Assembly: GCA_014905635.1 (NCBI GenBank)
Contig: CM026547.1
Coordinates: 4,154,001-4,218,000, forward strand
Direction: 5' to 3'
Length of the DNA stretch: 64,000 bases
Source: Scenedesmus sp. PABB004
Lineage: Eukaryota
Of this stretch, positions 25,005 through 37,000 are shown one piece after another. The notes beneath the pieces were generated by a model. The model made no database searches and was not told where the DNA came from. It worked only from the letters and a program-made list of their open reading frames with translations. Numbering within the stretch: the stretch's first letter is position 1; each line of letters opens with the position of its first letter. Position numbers and translations under genes: made by a program.

Positions 25005-26924
25005 ATGCTCCTGCGCCTGGCGGCGCCGACACGAGGCCCCGGCGTCGCGCGATTTGCGGCAGCGCAGGAGCCCGCCCGCCCGGCGGCGCGGCGCGCGATG
25101 GCGGCAGCGGCCGGCAGCGGCGTGCGGCCCGCAGCGGCGCCCGGCGGCTGGGCGCGGCTCGGCACGCCGCGCAGCGAGCTCACGCTGGCAAACACGCTGC
25201 CGACGGGCCAGTCCTTTCGCTGGCGCGCGACCGGCCCCGACGAGTTCACCGGCGTGGTGGGGCAGCGCGTGGTCTGCCTGCGGCAAGAGAACGCCGACGT
25301 CGCGTGGCGGTGCGGCCGCGGCCGCACAACGGCCCGACCCGCCGCGCCGCCCGCGCGCCGCGCCGCCCGCGTGCCGCCGCCAAGGCGCCGCCGCCTGACG
25401 CCGCCGCCCGACGCCGCCGCCCGGCGCCGCAGCGTCGTCGCGCGCGGCCTGGGCGCCGAGCCCGCCGGCGACGCGGCGGCGCTGCGGGACTACCTGACCC
25501 TGGGCACGCCGCTGGAGCCGCTCGTGCGCGGCTGGGCGGCGCGCGACGCGCGCTTCGCGCGCGCCGCCGCCGCGCTGCCCGGCTGCCGCATGCTGCGGCA
25601 GGACCCGGTGGAGTGCCTCTTCTCCTTTGTCTGCTCCAGCAACAACCACATCAGCCGCATCCACGGCATGGTCGAGCGCCTCTGCAGCACGTACGGCTCG
25701 GAGCTGCTGCTCGGCGCCGGCGCCGGCGACGCGGGCGCCCGGCCGGCGGGCGGCGGCGCCGAGCAGGAGCCGCCGGCGGGGGCGGCGACGCCCGAGCAGG
25801 CGCCGCGGGGCGGCGGCGACGGCAGTGGCGGTCGCGCGCGGGCACTCGGCGCGCCCGCCGTCGCCGCCGCCGCCGCCGCGGCGCGTGCCGGGGGCGCTGC
25901 GCCGCTGCCGTTTGACAGCGGCGGTGAGCAGGCGCCGGGCGCCGGCGCTACCCCCGCGGGCGCGGCCCCGCGGGCGCGGCCCCCGCGGGCGCGGCCCCCG
26001 CGGGCGCGCCGCCGCGGTTCTACGCCTTTCCCACGCTGGCGCAGCTGGCGGCGGCCAGCGAGGACGCACTGCGCGCGGACGGCTACGGCTACCGGTGCGG
26101 CGCGAGCGAGCGCGGGGGGCGCCCCCAGATCGCTGACAGCCGCCGCCGGGGTGGGGGCGGCGCCTGCTGCGCTGCTCCCCGAGCCGCGGGCCGGGCACCG
26201 ACCCGCGCCCGACACCCTGGCCGCGCGCCCGCCGGCCGCCCCGCCCGGCAGGGCCAAGTTCATTGTGGGCTGCGTGCAGCAGCTGCTGGCCAAGCCGGGC
26301 GGCGGCGAGGCGTGGCTGGCGGGCCTGCGCGCCGCGCCGTACGCCGACGCGCAGGCGGCGCTCTGCGAGCTGCCGGGCGTGGGGCCAAAGGTGGCAGCGT
26401 GCGTGTGTCTGTTCAGCCTCGACCACTGCGGCGCCATCCCCGTGGACACGCACGTGTGGCAGCTCGCCACGCGGCACTACGCGCCGCACCTCGCCGGCAA
26501 GACGCTCAGCGCAAAGCTGCACGGCGCGGTGCAGGACGCGTTTGTGGCGCGCTTCGGCCCCGCCGCCGGCTGGGCGCACAACACGCTCTTCGTCGGTGAG
26601 CTGGCGTCGCACCGGCACCTGCTCGCGGCGGGCGCCCCGGCGGAGGGCGGCCGAGGCAGCGCCAAGCGCCGCCGTGCCGCCGGCGCCGGCGACGGCGACG
26701 GCTTGAGCGCAGCGGCAGGACCCGGCACCCCCGCCGCGGCCAGCGCAGGGGCGGGCGAGGCGGCGGCAGGTGCGGCACCGCCGTCGCAGCAGGCCGGCGG
26801 CGGCGCGAGGCGCGGCGCGCGCGCGCGCGTGCGCACGCGGCGCTTGTTCGGCGCGGCCGCGGACTTTGTCGCTGGCGGCGGGAGCAGCGACAGCAGCGAG
26901 GACGGCTCCGCGTCGGAGGCGTGA
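25005..26924 (+). CDS. OGG1: 8-oxoguanine DNA glycosylase
   Basis: TLPTGQSFRW, RMLRQDPVECLFSFVCSSNNHISRI, FYAFPT, GYGYRAK, LPGVGPKVAACVCL, IPVDTHVW, AGWAH. Confidence 0.95.
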   Translation: MLLRLAAPTRGPGVARFAAAQEPARPAARRAMAAAAGSGVRPAAAPGGWARLGTPRSELTLANTLPTGQSFRWRATGPDEFTGVVGQRVVCLRQENADVAWRCGRGRTTARPAAPPARRAARVPPPRRRRLTPPPDAAARRRSVVARGLGAEPAGDAAALRDYLTLGTPLEPLVRGWAARDARFARAAAALPGCRMLRQDPVECLFSFVCSSNNHISRIHGMVERLCSTYGSELLLGAGAGDAGARPAGGGAEQEPPAGAATPEQAPRGGGDGSGGRARALGAPAVAAAAAAARAGGAAPLPFDSGGEQAPGAGATPAGAAPRARPPRARPPRARRRGSTPFPRWRSWRRPARTHCARTATATGAARASAGGAPRSLTAAAGVGAAPAALLPEPRAGHRPAPDTLAARPPAAPPGRAKFIVGCVQQLLAKPGGGEAWLAGLRAAPYADAQAALCELPGVGPKVAACVCLFSLDHCGAIPVDTHVWQLATRHYAPHLAGKTLSAKLHGAVQDAFVARFGPAAGWAHNTLFVGELASHRHLLAAGAPAEGGRGSAKRRRAAGAGDGDGLSAAAGPGTPAAASAGAGEAAAGAAPPSQQAGGGARRGARARVRTRRLFGAAADFVAGGGSSDSSEDGSASEA

Positions 26925-26937
26925 GTTGTCACGGTGA
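26780..26937 (+). repeat. 158-bp direct repeat, copy 1 (OGG1 last codons, stop and 13 nt of 3' flank)
   Basis: Matches 30004-30161 with two substitutions by manual alignment. Confidence 0.92.
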
Positions 26938-27095
26938 AAGTCCGAGCGCCCTCTTTGTCACGGTGGGCGCTACGTCACCCACGCCGGCGGCGGGTTCGGT
27001 CATCATCACCAGCATCCTTTTCCGCCGCCGCGCGCGCCGGCGAGCTCTCCGCGTGTCATCTGCGCGTCACACGCGCGCGCGTCGCCAAAGCGGCC

Positions 27096-28508
27096 ATGCT
27101 CGCGCGGGCAGCGTCGCCGAGTGACGCCTCACCGGCTGCCGGGTTGGGAGCGGTGGTCTCCAGCGGGCCCTCGCTGTCCCCCGTACAGACCACGCTCTCG
27201 ACGGTCGACCCCGGGACCGACATCGTGCAGCAGGGCAGCCGCGGGGCGGAGGGAGCGCAGCGATTGCTGCGCTGCGCCGCCTTGCCCCGCGCGCCGCCGC
27301 ACCCGCACGGGCCTTCGAGCCGCGGCTCGGTGACCTTGGGGCGGTGCACGCCGCACGGTGTCGCGGCGCGGCGGCGAGGTCCCACCCCGGACTGGAGCAG
27401 TCCAGGTGCGCGCGGCGGGCACCGTGCGGTCTCGGAGGTTGCGCTGAAGCTTTGCAACGCAGCCTGCGCGCGCGGCGGCGCGCGCGGCTGCCTGGGCGGG
27501 GTGCGGCAGCCCGTCTCATTGTGGCGGCCTGCTGACGCTCCGACGCCGCCCGTTTCGCGGTACGCAGGGACCTCTGAGCTTCCCAACACTTACATGGAGA
27601 CCCTCAGCGGCTCCGCAGACAGCAGCCAGCTCCAACAGGGCAGCGTTCAGCGCCGCCGCGCGAGCAGGAGCGGCGCCGGCGGCGCCGGCGGCGGCCTCGT
27701 GCTCGCGCGCCGCGCGGGCGCCCGCCACCTCGCGCTGGCGCCCAAGGGCAAGGCCCTCAAGCTGCGCCGCGCGACGAGCGAGCCCGCCGGCAGCGCCGGC
27801 GGGCGCAGCCCGTCGCCGCGGGCGGACGCCGCGCGCGTGGACGCCCTGCGCGACGGCCTGCTCCTGCAGCTCGCGGCGGTTCAGGAGCGCCAGCGCTCCC
27901 TGCGCCACGGCGCGGGCTCGCGCAGCCCATCGCACGCCAGCGGCGCCGCGGAGCAGCAGGTGGAGCAGCCGCCGCGGGAGCAGCCGCCCGGCGGCGTGCC
28001 GCCCAACGTTCAGGCGGCGGCGACCGCCGCGGCGGCGGCGGCGCGTGCGGCCGGCGGCGGCGGCCTGGCGGGCGCGACGATGACGGTCAAGCTGCTGCTC
28101 GCCCTCGCGGCGCGCGAGGTCTCGCCGGCGCTCGCCGAGTCGCTCAAGGCGGCGCTGCTGACGCACGTGCAGGCGCTCGCCGGCGCCGCGGCGGCCGTGG
28201 ACGAGCCCTTTGACGTCGCCGCCGCGCTGCAGCAGGCGCTGCCCGTGCTGCGGGGCGCGGTCGAGGAGGCGTGCAGCCAGACGCACGCCTACCAGGCGGC
28301 CGCCGCCGCGGCAGCGGCCGAGCTGGCGGCCGGGTTCCGGGCGAGCGTGTCGGAGCAGACCGCGGCGGCCGTGGCCGCGGCGCTCACGGACGCCGTGCTC
28401 CGCGGCGCCAGGGGCCTGCCGGCGGCCGCGGCGGCCGCGCTCGCGGCGCCGGCGGCGCCGGCAGCGTCGCAGGACAGCGCGTCCTCCAGCACTGGCAGCG
28501 AGGCGTGA
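27096..28508 (+). CDS. Orphan Ala-rich ORF inside the island (alternative start at 27594)
   Basis: Uninterrupted frame. The 27594-28508 part has host-like GC3-rich codons and amphipathic-helix-like segments, but no recognised domain. Confidence 0.45.
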   Translation: MLARAASPSDASPAAGLGAVVSSGPSLSPVQTTLSTVDPGTDIVQQGSRGAEGAQRLLRCAALPRAPPHPHGPSSRGSVTLGRCTPHGVAARRRGPTPDWSSPGARGGHRAVSEVALKLCNAACARGGARGCLGGVRQPVSLWRPADAPTPPVSRYAGTSELPNTYMETLSGSADSSQLQQGSVQRRRASRSGAGGAGGGLVLARRAGARHLALAPKGKALKLRRATSEPAGSAGGRSPSPRADAARVDALRDGLLLQLAAVQERQRSLRHGAGSRSPSHASGAAEQQVEQPPREQPPGGVPPNVQAAATAAAAAARAAGGGGLAGATMTVKLLLALAAREVSPALAESLKAALLTHVQALAGAAAAVDEPFDVAAALQQALPVLRGAVEEACSQTHAYQAAAAAAAAELAAGFRASVSEQTAAAVAAALTDAVLRGARGLPAAAAAALAAPAAPAASQDSASSSTGSEA

Positions 28509-29888
28509 GGAGCGCGCGGGCCGCCGTTCGTGCGGTCCGGTGAATCGGGGCTGCATGGGCAAACGCATGGGATGCGCTCCTGGCCGGCTGGCTGGCCAAC
28601 TAGCTGAGTGCTGGTCTGATGGCTTTTCCCAAGGGTGATCACGTGGCTGCGTCACTCGTTCTCGCTGCTGTCGGTCGCGGCATCGCTGCGCGGGCAACTG
28701 GCGGTCTGGCTTTCTGGCGTTCTACTGTCTCTGCGCTCCCGCCGGCCGACTTTGACACGTCCTTGTGATCGGCGAGGCGGCATCGGCATCGGCGGAGGCT
28801 GCACGGGGGCGGTGCCTTGGGTACCGTGGGCCGTGGCTGCGGCGTGTGTGCGCTCATGCCTTTTCATAGCTCATGTTTTTTTCAGCTATTGGTCGAGACG
28901 ACGCGAGGCCAGTCATGCACGACCGCTTCACGGGATGCATCTCGAGTCTCCCTAGACGCGTGCGAGGGAGTGCGCACGCCGCGCGCGTGCGCACGCGGCG
29001 GGCGGGTTGGTTGCTTACCGGACCAGCCGCAATTTGCGGCCTTGGATGCGGAAAATGCTTCTGCGCCTGCCTGCCTGCCGGACCGGGGCTCGGGGCAGCG
29101 CAGCAAGCTGGGGCGATCTGTTTGCGGTTGGTGCACCCCCACCGCGGATGCGGTCCAGCATATATCTTAAGCTGGACCTGGGCGGGCCAGCATGGCTAAA
29201 GAGAACGTTCTCCCAATCAATCCATTCCATCGGGCTCGCGAGGCTCGCGCGCATCTGCAATTGCGCACGCGAAAGGCGTTAAGAAGCGTGACGGCGCTGA
29301 TATTGCTTGGGATTGGCGCGGGCGCAGTGCTGCCCCGCCCCGCGCGCGCCAATGCCCGCCAGCTCGTGGCAGCTCGTGGCAGCGCGGCGGCCGCGTCGGC
29401 GCGGCCGCCGCGCCGCCGCGCACGCTGTGGCCCCCGGGCGCTGCGCCTGCTCTGCACTTTGCGGGGCTCTTTTGGGCCCATTACTCGCGCGCGCTGTGAT
29501 CAGCTGCCGTGCGGCATCTGCCGGCGCCGCGTGCCACGCGCACGCGCCCTGGCCGCGGGCCCGCCGCTGCGTTGCCTGCTCGACCGCGACTGCCTTGACG
29601 GCTCGCGCACGCCAACGTACACGTGTGGTTTGCTGACTGTCTCTGTTTGTCTGCGCAGCGCGCCGCACTTGTGAGCTCTACTGCCGAGCCAGCCACGAGA
29701 TGGGGGCCCCGCACTCGAACTGCGCCCCAGCCAGCCCGAGCGCCTGAGGGTGACGACGGGGTCACGTATCGTACCGGACACACGCCAGACGACCAACTAC
29801 ATCAACGACCGTGCACAGTTGATGTAACAATTATGCTCGCGATCCCGATTCGCTCTCTGCCGCCTTTGCGAGCAGCCGCCGCCGCACC

Positions 29889-30161
29889 GCCAAGCGCCGC
29901 CGCCGCGCCGCCTGCGTGTGTCTGTTCAGCCTCGACCACTGCGGCGCCATCCCTAGGGAGGCGACATCCCTAGGGAGGTGACACACAGGCACACTGAGGC
30001 AGAGCCGTCGCAGCAGGCCGGCGGCGGCGCGAGGCGCGGCGCGCGCGCGCGCGTGCGCACGCGGCGCTTGTTCGGCGCGGCTGCGGACTTTGTCGCTGGC
30101 GGCGGGAGCAGCGACAGCAGCGAGGACGGCTCCGCGCCGGAGGCGTGAGTTGTCACGGTGA
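29889..30161 (+). pseudogene. Rearranged OGG1 3' fragments (repeat copy 2)
   Basis: 29889-29902 = 26661-26674; 29913-29953 = 26400-26440; 30004-30161 = 26780-26937. Joined by filler containing a 17-bp tandem duplication. Confidence 0.85.
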
Positions 30162-30476
30162 GAGTTTTGGACACGCGCGCAGACGCCGCGCTAAGCCTAA
30201 AACCTCGCGTTCAAAACGGGCGACTGCGGCGGCCGCAAGCGCGCGCGCACACAGCTCAGCCGGTGCGCCGGACCCTGTGCCCACCGCCCTTCCGCGCATT
30301 CCGACGATCCGAGCGAGCGACCCCACCCCTCGAGCAGCAGCGCGCGAGCAACCACCGCCGCGTGCCTGCTGCTCCGCATGCTCGAGGGCGTCATGCCCGC
30401 CGATTGCTAAATCTGACCTGCAGCCGCCGCTGTGCGGGCGGTCCCCAGCAGCGCCTGCGCGGCGGCGCAGCAGCAG

Positions 30477-32745
30477 ATGGGCAAGGTGTGCGGCCCCGCC
30501 TGCTGCGCGCTTGGCCGGCAGCGGGTTGCCGGGACGGGCGGATGGCTCAGGCGCTCAGCCGCGAGCAGCTGCCACCGCCTGCTGGCTCACCGCCGCCGCC
30601 GCGCCGCGCGCGCCGCGCCGTCGAATGGCCGCCAGAAGCCGCAGCCCAAGCGCCTCGCCAACGTGGGGCAGAACATCGCCAAGTTCTTTGACAAGCGCCA
30701 GAGCCAGCAGGCGGCGCCGAGGGCGGCGGCCGGCGCGGCGCCGCTCGCCCGGCCGGCGGCGGCGGCGCCGCCCGGCAGGCCCGCGCCGCTCAAGCCCGCT
30801 GCGGCCAAGTCGGTCAAGCCCGCCGACCAGCAGGGGCACACCGGGGCTGTGGCTCCGGCAGCCAAGGCCCCCAGGCAGGCACCGAACCAGCAGCAGCCGC
30901 AGGGGCAGACCCAGCAGCAGGCACAGCAGGTCGCCGCTGCGCCGCCAGGGCAGCCGGCGGCAGGAGCGCCTGCAGCACATGGCACCGGCGCCGGCAGCAG
31001 CAGCGGCAGCAGCCAGCCGGCGGCAGCGCTCGTCCCCAGCACCGGCAGCGAGCACGCGGCTGCACCTGCAGACGGCGCGCGGCCGGCCGAGCATGTGAGG
31101 CTGTGGCCGGCGCGCGTGCAGCAGTTCAACCACTTCACGTCGTCGGCGGGCAAGCAAACCAACGTGCGTGCCGGGCGTGACGCCGGCCGGCGCAGCCAGC
31201 CCTCGCGGACAGCCCGTGCCCCGCCGCCCGCCGCCGCCGACCCGCCGCCGCCGCCGCTTGCCGCGCAGGGCCCGCTGGCCAGCCAGGCGGACGATGAGCG
31301 CGTGGATGTGGCGTGGGAGCCCTCGCCGCCCAAGGCGCTGGCGACGCTCGCAGCCGGCAGCGAGCAGCAGCAGCGGCCTGCCATCGGCGGCGGCGGCCAG
31401 GGCGGCTCAGGGCAGCAGGTTCCAGGCAGTGGTGCGGGCTCTCAGCTGCACGCGGGCGGCAAGGATGGAGGCGCCTCGCCGCTGACGGGCAGCGAGCAGC
31501 AGCGGAGCAGCCACGGGCGCAGCGCCAGTGGCGACAGCAGAGGCGGGGTGCAGCCGCCAGCGCAGCCGGCGCCAGGCAGCGCGCCGGGATCGGCAGGCGC
31601 CGACGATGTGCTGCAGCAGGTGCTGAGCAGCTTGTCAGAGCCGCCGCCGCCGCCGCCGCCGCAGCAGCAGCAGCGGCAGCACGAGCAGCCCGGTGGCGGC
31701 GCGCTGGCGACGCCCGGCGGCCCCCGCCTGCGCGCGTTCCGGCAGCACTCGGTGCTGCCGCCCTCCACCGGCGGCCGCAGCAGCGGCGCCACCGCACGGC
31801 GGCGGCCCAGCTCGGGGCGGCCGCCGCCGGGCGCCGCCGCCGGGGGCGGCGGCGGCAGCACGGTGAAGCGGCAGGCGGGCCTGAAGCGCCGCGTGCTGCT
31901 GGACCTGCTAGACAAGGTGGACGCCCTGGTCAAGCGGCGGCGGGGCTCGCCGGGCGCGGCGCGCCCCCTCGGCCCGGGCGAGGTGCTGGAGGGGCTGGAG
32001 GGGCTCGAAGAGCTGCTGGCGGGGGAGGATGAGGAGATGGGCTCGCCCACCGCGGCCGCGGCGGACGACGGCGCCGGCGACGACGCTGGCGAGCCGCCGG
32101 GCAGCGACCGCGCCCGCGGCAGGCTGTCGAGCATCCCGGAATGGCAGCCGCGGCCGGGCAGCGCCGGCGGCGGCGAGCTGCTTGCGACGCCGCCCGGCAG
32201 CCAGTGCGGCGCGCTGCTGCGGCGCCAGCAGTACCAGCAGACGCAGCGGGCGGCAGCGGCGGCTGCCGCGGCGGCGCGAGGCGGGGCGGCGCCGGCTGCC
32301 GAGGCAGACCGTGCGCCCGAGACGCCAGCGAGCGCCGGCAGCGCGGGCGCGGCTTCCATTGCGCCCGTGGGCGCGCATGGCAGCCAGCAGCCGGCGCAGC
32401 GCAGCAGCAGCAGCCAGGGCCGGCGGCTCAGCAGGGGCCGCTCGCCCGAGGGGCCGACGCCAGCAGCCGACGACGCGCCCGATGACGAGCTGCTGGCCAC
32501 ACTGCAGCCGAGCTCCGCGCTGCAGCAGACGCTGCTGGGCGCTGGCGCCGCCCCCGCAGGAGCGCCCGCGGGGTCAGGTCCCGCTGCTGGCGGCAATGGC
32601 GGCGGCCGGCCGGCCGGCGGCGAGGCGCCGCTGAGCAGCCAGGAGGCACGCGCGCGCACCGCGGCGCGGGAGCTGCAGGAGTTTGAAGACCTGTACGACC
32701 TGGGGGAGGAGGAGGAGGAGGAGGAGGGAGGGCAGGAGCAGCAGG

Positions 32746-32795
<50 letters not shown>

Positions 32796-33931
32796 CAGCA
32801 GGAGCAGCAGCAGCTGGTGGCCGCGGACTGTGGCCCCGAGCTGCCCGCCAGCAAGCGGCCGCGCACGCAGCAGCAGCAGCAGCAGCAGCCCGCCGCCAGC
32901 CAGGCGGGCAGCGCGGGAGCCCAGGGGGCGCCGCAGCCGCCACCGGCGCCCGTTGGGCTTGTTGGCGGCCGGGCAGAGGTGTATTACTTGGTGCTGGAGG
33001 TGGCCGAGGAGGCGGGGGGCAAGACGCTGCGCTGCTTCAACCCGTACCAGGTGTGCCGGGCGCTCGGGGCTGCTCGCTGCGTGGGGAGCGCGCCGGCTCG
33101 GCGAGGGGAGGCCGGCGCGCAGCCGCCGGCTGACGGCGCGGACCGGGCCGGACCCTGCGCACCGCGCGCGCAGGGCACCGAGCTGTGGGTGCACCTCTCA
33201 CACCCCTGGAGCGACTGCCCGGTGGCGGTGGGCGACGCGGCAAACGTGATTGGCGGCGCCGAGAGCATCGACGCCGCCACGCGGCAGCGCCACACCTGGC
33301 TGGACCACCGACAGGGCCTGCTGGTGCTGCACCCGGACGTGCTGCTGTCGGGTGCGCGGCGCCGAGCGCCGGCAGGTCGCAGCGTGGCCAGCCCAGCTCG
33401 CCGCTGCCTGCCCGCCGCCGGACCGCCGTGGGTGCTGAGCCGCCGCCGGCGCGACGTCACGCAGGCACCACCATCACAACCGCGCTCACCTGCACGCGCC
33501 GCGCGTGGCTGTCCGAGCGCATCGCCGCGGCTGGCGGCGGCCCCAGCGGCGCGGCGCTGCGCGGCACGCTGCTTCACGAGCTGCTGCAGCGGCTGCTAGT
33601 GGAGGTGGTGGGCGACGACGAGGGGCCCCTGCCGGGCGTGGAGCAGCTGCAGGCCATGGTGCGCAGCGCGGGCGCGCTGCCGGGCTGGGTCGTGCGCGTG
33701 GCTGTCCGCTCACCGCCGGTGCTGCCACCGCTGGTGATGCCGCACAGATGCACGAGGTGCTGGCTGTGGCCGGTGAGAAGCTGCAGGAGGTCGGGCTGAC
33801 GGAGGAGTCGGCGGCGCGCGACATGCAGCGCCACCTGGCCAACATCAGCGCCTGGCTGCGGCTGTACCTGCCGCCGCCCCAGCAGCAGCAGCAGCAGCGG
33901 GAGCAGGCGCCTGCGCGGGGCTGGGCGCAGA

Positions 33932-34004
<73 letters not shown>

Positions 34005-37000
34005 GTGGCAGCAGCAGCAGCCGCTGGGCGGCGTCGTGGATGCGGCGCCCAACAGCGGCTTTGCGCAGCCGCCGCGGCTGCTCATTCGCGGCGTGGCGGA
34101 CATTGAAGAGAACATCTGGGCGCCCCGGTACGGCCTGAAGGGCCAGCTGGACGCCTCGCTGCTGGTGCAGCTCACGCGTGGCGGCGCCAGCGCTGCGCAG
34201 CAGCCAGCCCGCAGCGGCGGCGGCAGCGGCAGTGTTGGCGGCGGCGCCTGTGGCGTCAGCTGGGGCCGCAGCGGCGGCGGCGCCGCCGGCCCGGTGCTGG
34301 GCAGCGGCTGGAGCGTGGCCGGCAGCGGCGGCGGCGCAGACGGGGCCAGCGGCGGCGCCGCCTCGCACGGCGGTGGCGGCGGCGGCAGCGGCTGCGGTGG
34401 GCGCGGCAGCGGCAGGAGCGCGAGCCGCGACCCGCTGGCGCTTCGCCACGCCGCCGCCGCGGGCGCCGCGGCCAGCGGCGGCGGCGGCGGCGCCGCTGGC
34501 AGCGGCGGCCAGCCCGGCGTGCTGGGGCAGCGCGACCTCAACGCCGCAGCAAGCGGCGGCGCTGCAGCGGCGCCGGCAGGCTCGGGTGGCGCTGCCGCGA
34601 GTGTCGTCGCCGGCGCCGGCAGCCCCGGCGGCGGCGGCGGTGGCGGCGAGGGCGGCGAGTGCGCCAAGGTCTTCCGCGGCCGCCTGTCGGGGGCGGCGGC
34701 GGCCGTCCGCGCCGTCGGCGCGGCGCGCGCGTCGCAGCAGCAGCCGCCGCAGCCGCCGCAGGGCGCGCCGGGCGGCGGCGAGCTGCTGGTGGTGCCGTTT
34801 GAGTTCAAGACGGGCAAGGACTACTTCAGCCACAAGGCCCAGGTTTCACTCTACATGCTGCTCATGGAGGCGCGCTACGCGCTCGGCCTGCCGCCCGCGG
34901 GGCTGCTGTGGAACGTCAACAGCCAGGCGATGTCGCTCGTGCCGGCGCGGCACGAGGAGATGGCGCCGCTGCTCGCCTGCCGCAACCGCCTCGCCGCGCA
35001 CCTCTGGCAGGAGGCGCCGCCGCCGCCGCGCATGCTCGGGGTGCGCGCGCGCGCGCGCCCGCACGCGCGCGGCGGCCGCGGCGGGGCGGCGCGGCGCTGC
35101 GCGCGCAGCGGGCGCCGCCCACCCACCGCGCGCCCGCGCCCGCGTGCCGCTCGCAGGATGCGCACACCTGCTCGCGCTGCCACAGCGCGTCGGTCTGCGC
35201 TGCGGTGCACGCGGTGGTGGAGGGCGGCTGCGCGGCGAGCAGCGGCATGCTGCCGGAGCAGTGGCAGGGCCTCGCGGGCGGCGTGACGCCTTCGGCCGCC
35301 GCGTGGGGCGCCAAATGGCTGCGGCTCATCGACTGGGAGGAGGCCGCCGGCCGCGCCCGGCGCAGCGAGATGTGGGCGCTCACAGGTGCGCGGCGGCCGC
35401 GCGGCGGCGCGCGCGCCAGGTGGCGGCGCTGCGCGCTGCGCGCGTATGCCTCAACGCCCTGCCGCCGCGCGCCGCGCCGCCGCGCGCAGGCGCCGAGCGC
35501 CAGGCCAAGGGCGGCTGCATCGCGGGGCTGTCGCTCGCGCGCTGCCACCCGCCGAGGCCGAGCCAGGTCCCCGGCGAGCAGCTCTACACCTACACCTTTG
35601 TGCAGCGCCGCGCCGCGCCGCCGCCCGGCTCGCAAGCCCCGCCGCCCGGCTCGCAAGCGCCGGCCGACGGCGGCGGCGGCGCGCCCGCCCCTGGCGGCGC
35701 GCTGGCGGGCATCACGGTGTCGCCGGGCGACTGCCTCATCCTCGGCGCGGACGGCGTGCAGACCAACGTCGGCCGCGTCGACGTGGTGGAGGCCGGCGGC
35801 GGTGCGATTACCGTGGCGAGCCGCAAGGCGCTGCAGCTCGAGCGCTACGCCGGTCACGGCGGCGCCGAGCTGACCTGGCGCCTCGACCAGGACGAGCCCG
35901 CGAGCATGGCGATGCACCAGCGCGCGGCGGTGCTGCAGCTCGCGGCCGACGGCAGCAGCGCGCGCGTCGCGCGGCTGCGGCGGCTCATCGTCGACCTCGC
36001 GCCGCCGCGCCAGCTCAGCGAGGCGGCGGCCGACGCGGCGGGCGTCAGCCAGCTGACGAGCCAGGGCGGCGCGGCCCACGCGCCGCCAGCGCCGCCCGAG
36101 CCGGCGGCGCCGCCCGAGCCGGCGGCGGCGCCCGAGCCGGCGGCGGCGCCCGGCGCGGGCGCGGCGCTGGCCGCGGGCGCGAGCGCGGGCCCCGCAGCGC
36201 GGCTGGCCATCGCAGCGGGCCGGCGCTACCTGGCGGCGCACGGCGGCGCGCTCAACGCGGACCAGGTCGCGGTGCTGCGCCGCGTGCTGCAGCTCCCAGA
36301 CTACTGCCTCGTACTCGGCATGCCAGGCGCGCCCGCGAGCGCCGCCGCCGCGAGGCCGCCGCCGCCGCCGCCGCGCCCGCCCTCCTCCCCCCGGCGGCGC
36401 CCTCGGGCGCGGCGGCCGTCTGACCCCCGCGGGGGCCGCACCGCCGCCGCAGGCAGCGGCAAGACGAGCACGATCGTGCACGCCGTGCGCGCGCTCGCGG
36501 CGTCGGGCGCGTCGGTGCTGGTCGCGGCGTACACCAACTCGGCGCTCGACAACATCCTGCTGCGCCTCGCCGCCGCCGGCGAGACCCGCTTCCTGCGCCT
36601 CGGCCGCGCGTCGGCGTGCCATCCGGGCGTGCGGGACCACATGGTCGGCGGCGCGCGGTGCGTGCGGCGACGTGTGGTCGGCGGCGGCGGGGCGGCGGCG
36701 TCGCAGAGCGCGGCCGCGCCCGCGGGCTGCTGGCCGACCGCCGCCGCCGCCGCAGGTTCCCGCACCGCAGCACGGCGGAGCTCGCGGCGCTCGCGGCGGG
36801 CACGCCGATCGTGGGCTGCCCCTGCCTCAGCGTGCACGCGCCCCTGCTCGCGACGCGGCCGCCGTTTGACGTGGTCATCGTGGACGAGGCGGGCCAGATC
36901 GGGCTGCCCGCGGTGCTCGGCCCGCTGCTGCGCGCGCGCAGCTTTGTGCTTGTGGGCGACCACTACCAGCTGCCGCCGCTCGTGCTCGACGCGCGCGCGG

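Noticed and set aside
28480..28509. Orphan ORF ends in GSEA-stop, resembling the OGG1 end SASEA-stop
   Set aside because: The nucleotide match is only about 10 bp (GAGGCGTGAG), which is compatible with chance.
26938..29888. Autonomous transposon or viral insertion
   Set aside because: No transposase, RT, integrase, terminal inverted repeats or LTRs recognised. Kept only as an unexplained island.
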